A stretch of DNA of 63,930 nucleotides, filler included, from Reticulomyxa filosa (GCA_000512085.1; 26 parts of 26 records of this genome joined end to end with filler, not necessarily neighbours in it); one strand, 5' to 3'; positions 12,401 through 25,942 are shown, counted from the first letter of the whole stretch. The notes: a model not told the origin generated them from the sequence alone. Translations and numbers: made by a program.

Positions 12401-12543
12401 TTTTTTTTTTTTTACAGTAAACCTAAAAGAAAAAAATTCCTTTNNNNNNNNNNNNNNNNNNNNNNNNNNNNNNNNNNNNNNNNNNNNTTAATTAATTAAN
12501 NNNNNNNNNNNNNNNNNNNNNNNNNNNNNNNNNNNNNNNNNNN

Positions 12544-12705
12544 GGTGTTGTGATTGGAGGAGGCATTGCTTTGTTGTACAGTGCCAAAATATTAGATAGT
12601 ATTGAATTCGACAATGAAGATCAAAGAGTGTGTATCGATATTGTACGAAAAGCTGTCCAATTGCCAGCTATTGCAACTATTCGAAATAGTGGTAAAGAAG
12701 CTCTT
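12544..12705 (+). pseudogene. Chaperonin-60 (Hsp60/GroEL-type) C-terminal fragment, truncated
   Basis: GVVIGGGIALLYSAKILDSIEFDNEDQRVCIDIVRKAVQLPAIATIRNSGKE matches GIVPGGGVALL..NEDQ..GI.IV..A...P...IA.NAG.E. Similarity stops before the GIIDP/TTE segment. Confidence 0.7.
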
Positions 12706-13912
12706 TTGGAGCACTTGATAAAATTGAACTATCTAATGTTTTGTTTTGTTTTTTTCTTGGCACCAACTCTAAACAATAAAAATCATTAATTCCAGTTGTC
12801 AAAGATACAAGTAAAAAACCAAACTGTATTTTCGACGTTCTTTTATATTTAAAATTTTCCGAAATTTTTTTACGATGATGGGAAAGATATTAGATGAGCT
12901 GGAGGAAGTATGTTGAAATTATTAAAAAAAAAAGAAAGCTCAATCCACGCAAAAAGACAAAATTTTTTAATCAAAAAATTGGAAGCAAGTGTTAAATACT
13001 TGCACCAACTTGGCGTTTGAATTTTGCTGCTGACACTGCAATCACCACTTTCGATTGTTCAATCAATCATGGGAAATATTACACGATATGGACATTCAAT
13101 TTTTTTAAAATTATACGCCATTCGAAGCGAAATGCCATAATCTATATTCGATGCACGCTGTTGCAATCATTATTGCTATCATTGCTGGACTCACTACAGC
13201 ACCAATAGCAACGTAAACAGCAACAACTTGCCAATCTGTAATCCAAAATTCATGTAATGTACGTTCATTTTCACTTGCAAATCTTTCAATATCTATTCAA
13301 AAATTTCAAATAACGCATACCACATACATATAAATAAATAATCAATATACGTATAAAGATGTTATGTTGATATGTACACAAAACAAAACTTTTCAAGCAA
13401 TGGACTCAAGCACAATTATAACGTCAGCAGGAAAGAGAACAGGCGCACGAATAACAACAATTCCTTGAGTCCTTGTGCCAAATGCGCGCTTTGATTTCAA
13501 TGATACTTCTTCCATCAAGTATTCCGTTATTTTGCACGATTGATTGGACTTGAAGGAAGTTTATTTCATTGAAAAGTTCGTCCCCTAGAGCTACCATTTT
13601 GGGTGGCGGTCTTGTCGATAGCAGACACTTCCATTTTTCGAACCCAAGTGATGCGGTTTTTGGTAACCGAACAATTTGTAGCAATAGCAACGACGTCTTT
13701 GGAGGGAGGCTCGACAACTGACATAAAACATTGTTTATGTACCCACCCAGCAGGGCCCCAGCGCTACTAACACATTGCAAATAATGGAGCAACTTTTGAA
13801 TTGTCGATCCAANNNNNNNNNNNNNNNNNNNNNNNNNNNNNNNNNNNNNNNNNNNNTTAATTAATTAANNNNNNNNNNNNNNNNNNNNNNNNNNNNNNNN
13901 NNNNNNNNNNNN

Positions 13913-15030
13913 TATTGGAGTGCTTCGTCGTTCAACAATTACATCTAATTTTGCTTTATTAAAACACAAAATATCGTCTTTTGTGATACCAAAAAAGTAT
14001 TTGCAAGTATGTTGTGGCAAAGGATCTTCTTTCTTCTCTTCAATAATTTGGATATGTTGAGACTTGAATTGTTCAAACTTTTTGAAGAATTCATTTTGTT
14101 GCTGTTCCAAAAGTCGAATTATTTGATAGATATTGAACCGTGAATAATTTGCATTGGAATCGATGATACAAAATTGTTCAATTGGAATATTTTGATAACC
14201 ATATCTCAATTGTTGGTGATCCAATGCAAAGTAATTCCAACAAAGTATGAAACGTTTCCACAATTTCTTACAATGATATTTTTGTTTCAGTATTTTGCTT
14301 ATTTTAATTTGATGTAATTCATCTGGTAACAATTGCTCAGAGTATTCATTGTGAACATATTTGATCAAATTTGCAATAACTGGAAGATATTGAAGATACC
14401 AGATACTCTCATCCCAATTCAAAATTGAGCAATCAATGGATAATCATTGGCCAGAGATGGATTTGTATTAAACACAGAAAACAAATCTTTCCATGATAAC
14501 TGTCGAACTTCCAAAAATAATTGTGAAAGATGCTCTATTTTGTAACACTCGTTTAATTCTTTGGTTTCTTCAATTTCACTCATCAATTCTGATAACTCAT
14601 TGTTGTTGTGATTTGATCCAATTTCACTATTGTTTCGAAGTTTAATAAACTCAGTTTTGCGATTAAAGAATGTCGAGTATTCTTTGTCCAACTTCTCTTC
14701 AAATTCATAAACCACTTCTAAAGTGTTGTTAGGCAATCTTTCAGGATACCATTTTTTAAATTTTTTATGGAAATCTTTAATCCACAAATGGAGGGCAATA
14801 CATAACAGTTCTTCGTTCAAACTTGTTATTATTTGCAATTTTATAAATTCTTCTTTGATTTTATTCCGTAAAAAGGTGAATACTTCTATTTTATTTCTTT
14901 GTTTTAACAATTTTCGAATTTTCTCAATATCTTGTGGAATACATTGATTTCGTAAAAACAATAACAAATGATACAACAATCGTATCAATGTGAATGTCAA
15001 AAATTTCAATGTACTTGGCTCTGTTTTTTT
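13913..15030 (-). CDS. Internal fragment of a large helical protein resembling the RNF213 (mysterin)-like C-terminal region; frameshift at about 14420
   Basis: Two abutting ORFs joined by a T-run indel: YPLIAQF(L)NWDESIWYLQYLPVIANLIKYVH..LWKRFILCWNYF..IIRLLEQQQNEF. The pattern resembles the RNF213-like C-terminus; recognition from memory only. Confidence 0.45.
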
Positions 15031-17946
15031 GGGGGATGAATAATATCNNNNNNNNNNNNNNNNNNNNNNNNNNNNNNNNNNNNNNNNNNNNTTAATTAAT
15101 TAANNNNNNNNNNNNNNNNNNNNNNNNNNNNNNNNNNNNNNNNNNNNTCTTTCTCTCACAAACCCTACATCATTCATCTCGTTGGCTCTGACCACAATGA
15201 AAATGATAACTCCACTTTCATTTCCCTGAAATCTGTCTACAGTGCAAACCTCGAACCATTGTTTTTATGCTCTCCAATAGATATTCTTTAATTTGAAAAT
15301 CCAATAGCAAAAGATCTAATGATGTCCATCTTTGTTTCTCTTGATGACATGGCAAAAGTAAAGTAAGAACATCATTATGAAAGAAAGGCATCTAATAAAA
15401 GTATTGACAACAATTGTCTATTTCGATATTTTGCACTTTTGCAGCCTAAAAAAATTAAATACTGTAGTGTCTGTTCTTCAACAAAAAAAAAGAAGTTGTT
15501 CTCTGAGAACCATTAAAATAATGTTGTACCATCAACACATTCAAAAAAAAGGAATAAGAGTACTTCAATGGGATGCACTTTGACTTTGCCACTACCAATC
15601 ACTCGTACTCTCTCCCTGTTTGAATTATTGAAAATGTGTGACAGAGTCTTCTGTGTATCAATTAACAATTCTTTGGTGACGTCTTATGAAGTAAAAATCG
15701 CTTTTTCACTATTGATTGAGATGTTGACGATAAGAGAATCAATTATATAATCAAAACAAAAAGAGAATTATGTTATGTGATTTTTCGTTATAAATACATT
15801 TTCGTCTCTTGTGAAGGAGGCATTAAATTGTTACTCTTTTTTTCTTTTTGATGTCATTTTCAACACAAATATTTTTATCCTTGGAAAGCCATCAATATTG
15901 AGTTGACTTAGTTTTGGACGAGTACGCTGTTTTTGCGGGTTTTCTTTCTCCACTGAAAAACGTTTCTGATCAAGGATACGGGCTTGTCCTTGTCAGTCGA
16001 CTCGTTGTGACAAAAAAAGAAATGAACAAAACAGTTTTTGTCTTTGAAGAAAAACTCGAACAAGGGGCTAACTTTCAAAAACTAAAATTTTTATAAACTT
16101 GTTCATAAACAAATTTTTTGGGAAAAAAAAGCTTTTTTTATTAAAAATTTTTCGTGACCAGCCAACTCTTTCTTGACTAGTTAAATTTTTTTTTAGGCTA
16201 GTATTTAAAGCAAGTGAAGCTTTCACAGGCATTTACTGGGAAAAAAATTTGCCGTTTGTTCGAAACAGCGTAAACCTATTTATTTTATTGTTGACTTTGT
16301 TTTTTTCTTTTATAAAAATATTTTCTCTTACGACTGAGTCAAAGGGATAGATAATTTTTTCGGACTTCATTAGAATGAGATTTTTTTATAATTTTTTTTT
16401 CACAAAATTCAAATTTAACAAAAATAATACGTTACCTCAATTACACCCGCATTTCCGCAAAAAAACCAANNNNNNNNNNNNNNNNNNNNNNNNNNNNNNN
16501 NNNNNNNNNNNNNTTAATTAATTAANNNNNNNNNNNNNNNNNNNNNNNNNNNNNNNNNNNNNNNNNNNNGGAAATATTTCAATATCTTTGATCTGTCGAT
16601 ATCAAGAGGGGGGGCGAGGGGGGGGGGGATTACCAAAGAACGTATTCACAAATACATGTACAGGGCAATGCTCGATATGTAGCCAAATTCTATGCAATGA
16701 TGAGTTGGAGCGCGTCGAATGGAAGTATTGCATGACAATCGTCGTGAGATATGAAACGAAGCGCGAATGGCAATAGTATGTTATGTTGTTTCAAACATCT
16801 CCATGACTATTCATAATATTTGGTGAATATGCATGTCGACGTCATTTATGGATTGCATTGTGTCGACATCTTCGTCTACATCATCCATTTTATTTTATAC
16901 CAACTATCACTACTTATCATATTCACCGACACAATTCATATGTCACACAATCACATTCGTCGATATTTTTGCGGCTCGTTTTTTCTTTCTTCCTTTCAGT
17001 AAGTTAATCTTTTTCTTCTTCTTCTTCTTATTCTTATCACTTTCCATCTTTTTCTTGCTTTCACTACAAACATAAAGTAAATCACTCTACAGAGAAAAGG
17101 TACATGCTAACATTGTGTTGGTTAAGACATTATTATAACAATTGAAAATATGATACAAATAATATTTACCTTGAAATAGAGCACGTTGCCTTTGTCATCT
17201 CCTGTGGCCACTCGTGGTATTGTTATACTTTAGGATCGGCATTGCAATTGTGGATATATGCAAATAGATAAATTTTTACGAAGCAATTCCAATATTGTTG
17301 AGCGAGATCCGGATGTTCATTTTTTCTGGACATTACTAAGTGCGCATGTGCTCGTACCGATTTCCAGAGGAATGATGCAATAATTTGACAACGGCGATAT
17401 TAATAAATTGGAAGCTGCGTTCACAAATTGACTGGTCATGCTCGGTATTTGATTGATCTTCAAATGAGATTTGAAGATAAGACAATGGGACACAATATTA
17501 TCGGATGGAGTCATGTGGATAATAGACAATGCCAATATCATCTGCCGCCATCATCTGCTACCGAGGAAAGTTATTCGATACTTCCAATTCGGTCAAACAT
17601 GATCAGCAACGGATACGTACGATGTGCCGACTATTATATGATCAAATTATCAATAGCTCTAACGCATTCACTAGGGTACATTTTTTAGTCGAATCTATAC
17701 ATGTACATAATCACAGATTAATTGGAGATTATTGGAAAAAAAAGACAGGTAACTATTTTATCATAATCCACTTCAACTTGTTTGTCTTTCCATTACGCCA
17801 CGTTTTTTTTAATAACGATATTGAAAACATAGGGTTTGTGGCTGCGNNNNNNNNNNNNNNNNNNNNNNNNNNNNNNNNNNNNNNNNNNNNTTAATTAATT
17901 AANNNNNNNNNNNNNNNNNNNNNNNNNNNNNNNNNNNNNNNNNNNN

Positions 17947-18946
17947 TTGCAGTCCAAGGATGATTCATGCCAAATACATTCAAAGAAATTGTTAATGCTT
18001 TATTATAATATTCAATCGATTCGACATATTCTTTTTTTTCTCTATATACAGATCCTAAATAATTATATGAATCAGCAACAAAAGGATGATTTAATCCAAA
18101 AGTATTAATACAAAGTTGTAAATGTTGTTGTGAATGAAATAATGCATCTTCAAATATATTTTCTTGTAAATATTGCTGTTGTTTATCTATAAGATTTTGT
18201 AATGTCACTGGAATATTATGATGTATTTCCATATCCCATTGAATAGGTATAATTGATTGTTTTAATTCTTGTTGATTAATTATAGTATTCTTTGTAACAA
18301 ATAACTGGGTTGTAATATTTACAGATCCTTTGCATTGAAGCTCACAATCAATAGCATATATATTTCCATCAATATGGATATCTTCCAATATAATCACTCT
18401 TCTTTTTATTACATACATACAATATACTCCAAATTCTTTTATATCGTTCTCCTTGCTGTTTACCAAATTGGAAATTGAAGAAAGATTATCTCTTCTATTT
18501 TTCCATTTCAATGTATTGTATGCGATAACAATTAATCCTTGTTCATTACTTTGTATCATTTGTTCAACTTTTTTTGATGCTTCCGCATTGCATTTTCTCC
18601 AAAACTTATTCCAATGCTTCTTGAAATCCAATGGCTCTGGGATTTCTTCTTTCTCTCTTGTCAATTGTTCGTTTTCTTTCACTTTTGAGATGCCTTCTAT
18701 TTGATATCAAATGTCTTTTCTTATGGTCCAAAGGTAACATTCGCTATTAAGATATTTTACAAAATTATAAAAAATGAAACCTGATTGGACTTGAATAGTA
18801 AAATACACTGGATCTTTTTTAAATGCTTGAATCACACTTTCATCTGTTTCAATTTGACAACCATCTCCATCAATTATTGCTAGCAGTACTTCGTCTGTCT
18901 TCTTTGGAGTGACTTGAATCACTTGCTCCTTTAAATGTTTCATCGT
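17947..18946 (-). CDS. TPR (kinesin-light-chain/TPR_12-type) repeat protein with uncharacterised N-terminal domains; partial at both ends
   Basis: HLQLCINTFGLNHPFVADSYNYLGSVYREKKEYVESIEYYNKALTISLNVFGMNHPWTA. Intron 18780-18697 joins it in frame to an upstream PB1/ubiquitin-like segment (IIDGDGCQIETDESVIQAF). Confidence 0.8.
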
Positions 18947-19046
18947 NNNNNNNNNNNNNNNNNNNNNNNNNNNNNNNNNNNNNNNNNNNNTTAATTAATT
19001 AANNNNNNNNNNNNNNNNNNNNNNNNNNNNNNNNNNNNNNNNNNNN

Positions 19047-19246
19047 CAATTCGATTTTGGGATATTCGATCAAATAAGGAAGAATTGTACGTGATCAAAG
19101 GAAGTGATAGTGATGATCAAATATGCTGTCTTAAATTTGTTTCATTGAAAAAGAAGGTAAATAATAATAAAAAAAAATCAAAAGATGATTGTGGCGTTCA
19201 TTTATATTATGGTCTACAAAACGGTCAAATTTGTGTTTGGGGATAA
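19047..19246 (+). CDS. WD40-repeat protein, C-terminal end
   Basis: IRFWDIRSNKEELYVIKGSDSDDQICCLKFVSLKKK..VHLYYGLQNGQICVWG-stop (TAA 19244-19246). Confidence 0.8.
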
Positions 19247-19929
19247 ATTTTCTGTCTAAATTTACAAAATTTTTTTGAATTGAAAAGATATTACCAAAGT
19301 TTATTTAATTTCAATTTTTAAAATTATTTATTTTAAAATTTGGAGTTGTTTGATTTATTTTTTTTCCTGATGAAAAAGAAGAACAATTTGTTTATGAATT
19401 TATGAATAAGTTACTTGATATCTTAAATTGATTGAAAAAAAGCAATTATTTGTAAATATTTTTTTGTATATCGAACCAACTGGAAAGAGAATAAATTATT
19501 TTTTTATTATTTTGCACAAATTATGATTTATAATGGATAACATTTCATTTGTTGACTGATCAAAAAAATGACAAGTTTTAAATTTTAATGAATGTAAAGT
19601 TATGATTCTGGATCTATTATTCAACGATCCAAAACATATTATATCACAGAACTATCATTAACTTCAAATTATTTACTATATCAATGCAATCAATTCACTC
19701 TTTTCATTTTAACAAACTGATTGTTTTTAAATAAAATATACTTTTGTATGCATTTGAATTCAATTAATGAATGCAATATTTTTTTGTAAACAATGAAAAA
19801 ATTCGGATTGATATTTGCATCAACTTTAAATATCATTTTGTATTGTATCATGTTCAACTGATGAAATAATAAAATTATGTGATTGTAAATACTATGAATA
19901 TGAATGTTGACTGATAATTCAGATCGCAT

Positions 19930-20157
19930 AAAAAGTGTTCAATTTTCGCCAGATAGTCAAATGATTGTATCAACATCTGTGAATACAATCAGTTTTTGTT
20001 TCATCTTCATTAGATAACATAATTCGAATATGAGGTATCGAATTAAGAAAAGAATCGAAACAACTAGAAGGACATTCAGGTGTTGTTAATGATGTGAAAT
20101 ATTTTCCAGATGATCAAACCATTTTGTCTTGCTCAAATGATAAAACTATTCGTCTGT
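19930..20157 (+). pseudogene. Decayed WD40-repeat gene fragment
   Basis: KSVQFSPDSQMIVSTS..SSLDNIIRI*GIE..LEGHSGVVNDVKYFPDDQTILSCSNDKTIRL. TGA replaces the conserved Trp. Confidence 0.75.
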
Positions 20158-21780
20158 NNNNNNNNNNNNNNNNNNNNNNNNNNNNNNNNNNNNNNNNNNN
20201 NTTAATTAATTAANNNNNNNNNNNNNNNNNNNNNNNNNNNNNNNNNNNNNNNNNNNNGTGGAGCTATGACTCCAAGAATTATTTATGTCCAGTGGACATC
20301 ATCAATGATAGTTAAGTACGCCGACAAATATATCTTTTTTTTTGTTTGACTTGCTTAAATAAAAAAAATATACAGTGTATAATGACGCAGGCAAAGACGG
20401 CGAGTTCCAGTAACAAAAAAAAGTATATACTATTCCACATTATACTTACTTAACATACTGTACTTTGTGTTTCCAATTTTTTTTTTTACAACACTAAAAT
20501 AAGAGTTTTATTTGATATAGATGGCAAGTGAAAAGGATATACTTGGATGTGGATATGCAAGACCTACCAGGAATCAACCGACAAGTCAAAAAAATAGTTT
20601 TGTTTGTTTATGTATATAATTTGTTCTCACTTTCCGGTTTTCACATCAACACAAACACAAATTATTTTTATTTAATTTTTGTTGCTGTGATATATATAGT
20701 CTGTAAGGCAAAGACGGAAAGAGCAAAGTAGAAAAAGAGTGGTTGGTGCGGTCAAAGAGATTGGATCGTTGTATTATACCCAAGTTGGATCATCGAGCAC
20801 GCCCAAGTCAATATTGTATGCAACCTCCACATGAACATACTCTACCTTCAACATAATCCCCGTGTCATTCTCCAATCTCGACCCCAACGTTTTCTCACAC
20901 TGTCTATATCCGGCTTATTCATCGTGCTCGAGATAGTGAGTTGGTTCGAATACAGATTTGAATGTAATGCCACCGTTGTCGTGTCCGCATTTCCGCGAAC
21001 GCAATATAGATGATACGTTGTCTGTTATGACATTCGGCTGTTATTTCTTGATCTTCATTGTATATCACTCGCATTCCTCAACAAGAGCGCCAACACAAGA
21101 CCAAACGATGCTCTATATATACATATATGTGTATATATATTCCAAACAAAACATCATACAAGGTCTCCTCACATCTTTGCATATTACGAATTACCGATGC
21201 GTCATGGTGGTTGAAATTGCTACAAAGTTATCTTAGATTGTGTCATTCCATCGCAATTGTTCGAATTGTATAGGTTATCTCGCGTGCGGGTAATTGCATC
21301 AACAATAGAAAACGATAGCGTGATTAAATGGTGAATACTGAGTGTGCAATGACAAAGATCCTCAGTGACAAGACAGTGAAATTCATGGAACTGAAGCAGC
21401 GAGTAATAAAAATGAAGATATTGCGAAGTGAAGTCTGGACAATAATTCCGATATTGTGATGCATGATGCAAGACATTGTGATTATCAATTGGTAGCAGTC
21501 TCAGGTATGGGAGTGTGTGTTATTTATTATCAATATTTATATTGAATTTGCTTTGTGAATATACCAAATGATGTGATTGCACACAGTATTGATATTTTGA
21601 CCAGTATTATCCATCGGATGGAGGAGGGAGTGGTGCCAATTATTCCACTGCGGGCATGAAACAATGGGATTGAATATATANNNNNNNNNNNNNNNNNNNN
21701 NNNNNNNNNNNNNNNNNNNNNNNNTTAATTAATTAANNNNNNNNNNNNNNNNNNNNNNNNNNNNNNNNNNNNNNNNNNNN

Positions 21781-22325
21781 ATAGAGTCAAGAGGAGGGGG
21801 ATCAACAATGGTATTGGTATGACGTGTCGGAGCAAGGGAGGATCGATTGGCTAAGAAATCAAAAGACGAAGTCAATGGAAAGGTATAGGTCGGATAAGCA
21901 GGGGTATTAAGAGGAAGACCATCGTCATTTTCATGTATCTGCTCGTTGTGTTCATTGGCAAACAAAGCACGTATTGCAGAATACGTTTCTTTTTTTTGAT
22001 GATGAGTGGGTGTATTCCCCATCAATGACACATCTTCCAGTTGAGTCTCTTCTTGTCCTTTTGTCGGCAGTATCGTGCCCACTTGGAAAATGTCTGATAT
22101 TTTTTTGCCATTTGAAAATTGCGACAAGCGATAGGACATTTTTCGTGAGATCACGTGTCCATGATCCACTGCCACATGGCTGGATCGTTTGCTCTCCCAC
22201 TTCTTCTCGTCCAAGTCGTAATACGCCTGGATCGCAACGTAGTCTTCCTCAGGGGACGTTTTTATCGACGATTCATCGTCGTCATCTTGTTGGTCGTCCT
22301 CACGGAACATTGTGTTCAAGTCCAA
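21781..22325 (-). CDS. Unknown, probably disordered acidic/Ser-Thr-rich protein exon
   Basis: About 180 open codons with coding-like GC running into the linker; no motif recognised. Confidence 0.4.
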
Positions 22326-22802
22326 ACGACGGCGCTCGAATCAGATTTTTTCCCTTTGCATTTTGCTTTCATTTGTGTGCATTTGTATGCATTTTGCATA
22401 TATGAATACGTTAATATGTTTATATATCATATAAATATATAACAAACTTGATTGGTACTTTCAAAAAACTATTCACTGATGAACAACTGCAAGATCTTCA
22501 AGATGTGGTTGCACTTCATTTATACTTTTCTTAGAAGTTACTGCTGGTTTTTTTGTCTCATTTTTGGTTAATAATCAAAATAGTTTTTGTATTAAATAAC
22601 TTATAAAAAACTTTAAACCCGAAAAAACATTCGCAAAAGTGATCAACAAAAAAATATTTGCACTGACAAATTTCAAAAATTGACCTCTTCTATGAAAGAT
22701 ATACTCAAAAGTACTATGTTTTTGTCAGTAGTAACTCCATATTTTTACTAAAAAAAAAAAGGGTAAAGTGAGCTTCGATTACAAAAAAAAAAAGCTATCA
22801 AC

Positions 22803-25094
22803 GATGAAACTAGGGTTGTCTGAAGAAATAAATATAACATCGTCGAAACGCAGAAAGTTAAACAACTACGAGCACGTTGCAGCGAGCAACCAAACTTCAA
22901 CAGGAAGACCAACAACCAAGATAAGAGAGATCCGATTAAAGCATCGACCACATGAAACGAATGATATGTCAGAACTCATTCCAATGAAATCGGCCTATCA
23001 GTTACATTTGGAATACAAGCAAGCCAATCCCAATGCATATAACAATTCATTTGATCGAAAGTTCGAAGAAGGTGAAGGAGAAAGAGGAGAAAGAGGAGAA
23101 AGAGGAAGAGGCAGAGGTAGATGTAGATGAAGAGGAGAAAAATATGGAAGAAGAGAAGGATATGGAAGAAGAGGTAGAGGAAAAGGTGGAGAAAGAGGAA
23201 GAGGTGGAGAAAGAGGAAGAGGTGGAGAAAGAGGAAGAGGCAGAGGAAGAGGAAAAGGAGAAGAATATGGAAGAAGAGAAGAAGAATATGGAAGAGAAGG
23301 AGAATATGGAAGAATAGAAGAAGAATATGGAAGAAGAGAAGAAGAATACGGAGGAAGAAGACAGAGTTTCCAGAGTTACAACAATGGAAGCAAGCTCCCG
23401 CCATTGCCCACTTTCACATCGGATTATTCCGCCAACGTAGCTCCAAGTGAACCATTACCGCAGCCATCACCAACAGCAATGATGAAAGAGGAAAAGCTTG
23501 ATTATGGCGTCGATCGACCGCAAGATTGGAATTCTTCAGACCATCTCCCACATAACAGTGGCTCTGTTTCGGCATCGGTCCAAGCCAGCACATTTCCCAA
23601 AACCCCTGATTCCGACGACGCACAATCCAATTACATCGCTGGAACAGAAGCATCAAAGACACTTCCTTCTCATCATGACGATGCAGATTTGAATGCATCT
23701 GCAAATAATATCAAAACTGAAAAAAGTTTTGATACCAGCAAACCTGATGCTTCATCGTCATCATCTGTGGTATGTAACTATTCGACCACCTCTCGATTAC
23801 AAGCACTAAAGACTCCGTCATCTGATGATGAGCATGGTAATGATGGTATACAATTCACTATTGTGTCTCCTGCTATTGTGCCTCCTACTGTTGCAGCTCC
23901 CACTATTCTGCCCCCTCCTCTCACCATTCCTCCTCCCATTCCATTTCTTCTACTATTTCATCTACCAAAACACAAGTTCATAAAACTTCTACTTCTAGTG
24001 ATGACATAAAGTCCGAAACAAATCAGCCTTTGAACACATCTTTCAACATAGCGTCCAGCACCACTTCAATCAAGGATCATCTTTTTTTGTTTGATTTGAT
24101 TTATCCATTTTTTTTTGATACAAATAACACATAGACTTGGACAAATGACAAAACACCACCTTCTGATGAAGAAACAGAATTGAACAATTCATCAACGAGA
24201 CAAAAATCAACACCGGATTATGATAATGGATTCAATTACAACGGCAGCAACAATAACAACAACAACAATGCAAAGAGTGCCTAGAAAGATTATTGTGATG
24301 ATCATCAAAGACGAAATAGTAGTAGTTGCCCTTCAACTGTTCCAGAGACAACGCCTTTTTCTGAACGTTGCTCGAAATATGGTGGTGAACAGTCCCCATT
24401 TGTAAATAGTAAAGATGCAACTGCAAATACAGGCCATACCAGAGACTCGATTGGTTCCAATGAAAAAAAACACGACTGCGAAAAGAGTCAAAACGATTGG
24501 ACAAAGATAACTACAAAAGAAGAAATCTCAAAGATCGGTTTTGTACAATCAATTGTACAATTAGTATACTTAGTAAAACAAGAAAAATCACATTACAATT
24601 CTCAACCAATCAAAATACTGTTATTTGAAACTTATAATTTTGTAAGACAAAAATTAGAAGAAAAAAGAGACGACGCCATAACAAAATTTATTTCGGATTG
24701 TCCCCTTGGCATTAGCATTTCATTTCCTGGAAAAGTATACATACGTTCTGATTTGAAAGTTTTGGCTCGACATATCTACGCACCACTTTTAGGTATTGCC
24801 AAATTTGGCATATTATTTTGCAATTCTGAAGAACGATGCGCTATTTTCTTATCCGAAAAAGTTTTCTTCAAAGCAGAAAAGCAATTTGTCATTCCTTCTA
24901 TTGCTTGGGACAATCAAAATAAAACAAATGATCATTTCGAAAAATCAAAAAAATTCTTCCTAGGTAATTGTTTTGGCCAAGAAAATGCAATTAAAGGCTA
25001 TATCGAACAGAGAATTCCAACTGGCTTTGTGGAAATGCTATTGTTTGGATTGAAAACATCAGTTTCGTTTTTGGTTTTTAAACAAACAATATAA
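22803..25094 (+). pseudogene. Long low-complexity gene (E/K-rich repeat, S/P/T-rich region, unknown C-terminal domain) with nonsense and frameshift lesions
   Basis: Successive overlapping ORFs in different frames. In-frame TAG at 23315-23317 inside the EEEKKNM repeat, where other units have GAG. Confidence 0.45.
23070..23360 (+). repeat. Purine-rich coding repeat (EKEEEV and EEEKKNM units)
   Basis: gaggtggagaaagaggaa and gaagaagagaagaagaatatg units seen directly. Confidence 0.85.
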
Positions 25095-25422
25095 CATAAT
25101 ATATACACCATATGTATTTATTGTCGTTGCATATAAAAAGACAATAAATCAATTAGAATATATATTGAACGAAAAACTTGAGGATGTCAATATCCAAATC
25201 TTGTGATGCCAACATTAGAAAAAATCAAAATGACGAGCATTTTGAATGTCAACTTTGAGTTAAACTTTTGTCGTGTGGTGAGAAATGTAGATGCACATAA
25301 TGGATACATATTTTTCCAAAAAGTCAGCAATTTATTTTTTTGCTTAACAGTTGCATTCTTAATTTTTCACAATAACTGATCCAAACTTCTACGCAATTTT
25401 TTTAAATAATGTTTCAGTAAAT

Positions 25423-25942
25423 TTAAAAATGCTTCACAACGACGTTACAGTTGGCGGTGGAGTGGTATTGCGAGTGGAAGTTGCGGTTCGATGAAAAAAC
25501 TTCCAGACCACAATATAACCTAAAGGCTCCTGCAATTCCGAATAAAGTCAAAGCGACCTTGGCAGCGCTCCAAGTTTTGGCAGGACTGACTTTGTCGAAT
25601 CGATTTTTGCTCAATTTTTTTTGTGACAGTATTCGCACAACGTAGCGGTTTTTTAGTAGTCCCTCCAAAGTGTCCAAAGAAGGACGCAAGCCATGAGCAA
25701 CAAAGCCTTTCGGCGGATATTCTTTTTCTCCACTTTGGAGAGTGTCAAAAAATCTACGATCATGATCATGGTCATCGGTGGTTTGCGTTTGGGGCACCGC
25801 CGATATGATAGGTGTCGGACTGAGTTTTATTTGCGTGAAAATGAGAGCGGGTGATCCTGTTTGATCGAGGACTCTGATTACACTTATATCGAACAGTAAT
25901 ATTGGCAATTTCTTGTCCACTTTTGACACTTGTTTCACTCAT
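25423..25942 (-). CDS. Unknown protein, C-terminal part with one hydrophobic segment
   Basis: 171-aa open frame from the contig edge, with higher GC than its flanks. Confidence 0.35.

Noticed and set aside
20258-21680. Possible GPCR-like multi-TM gene
   Set aside because: Hydrophobic pieces lie in different frames with many stops; no family motif could be supported.
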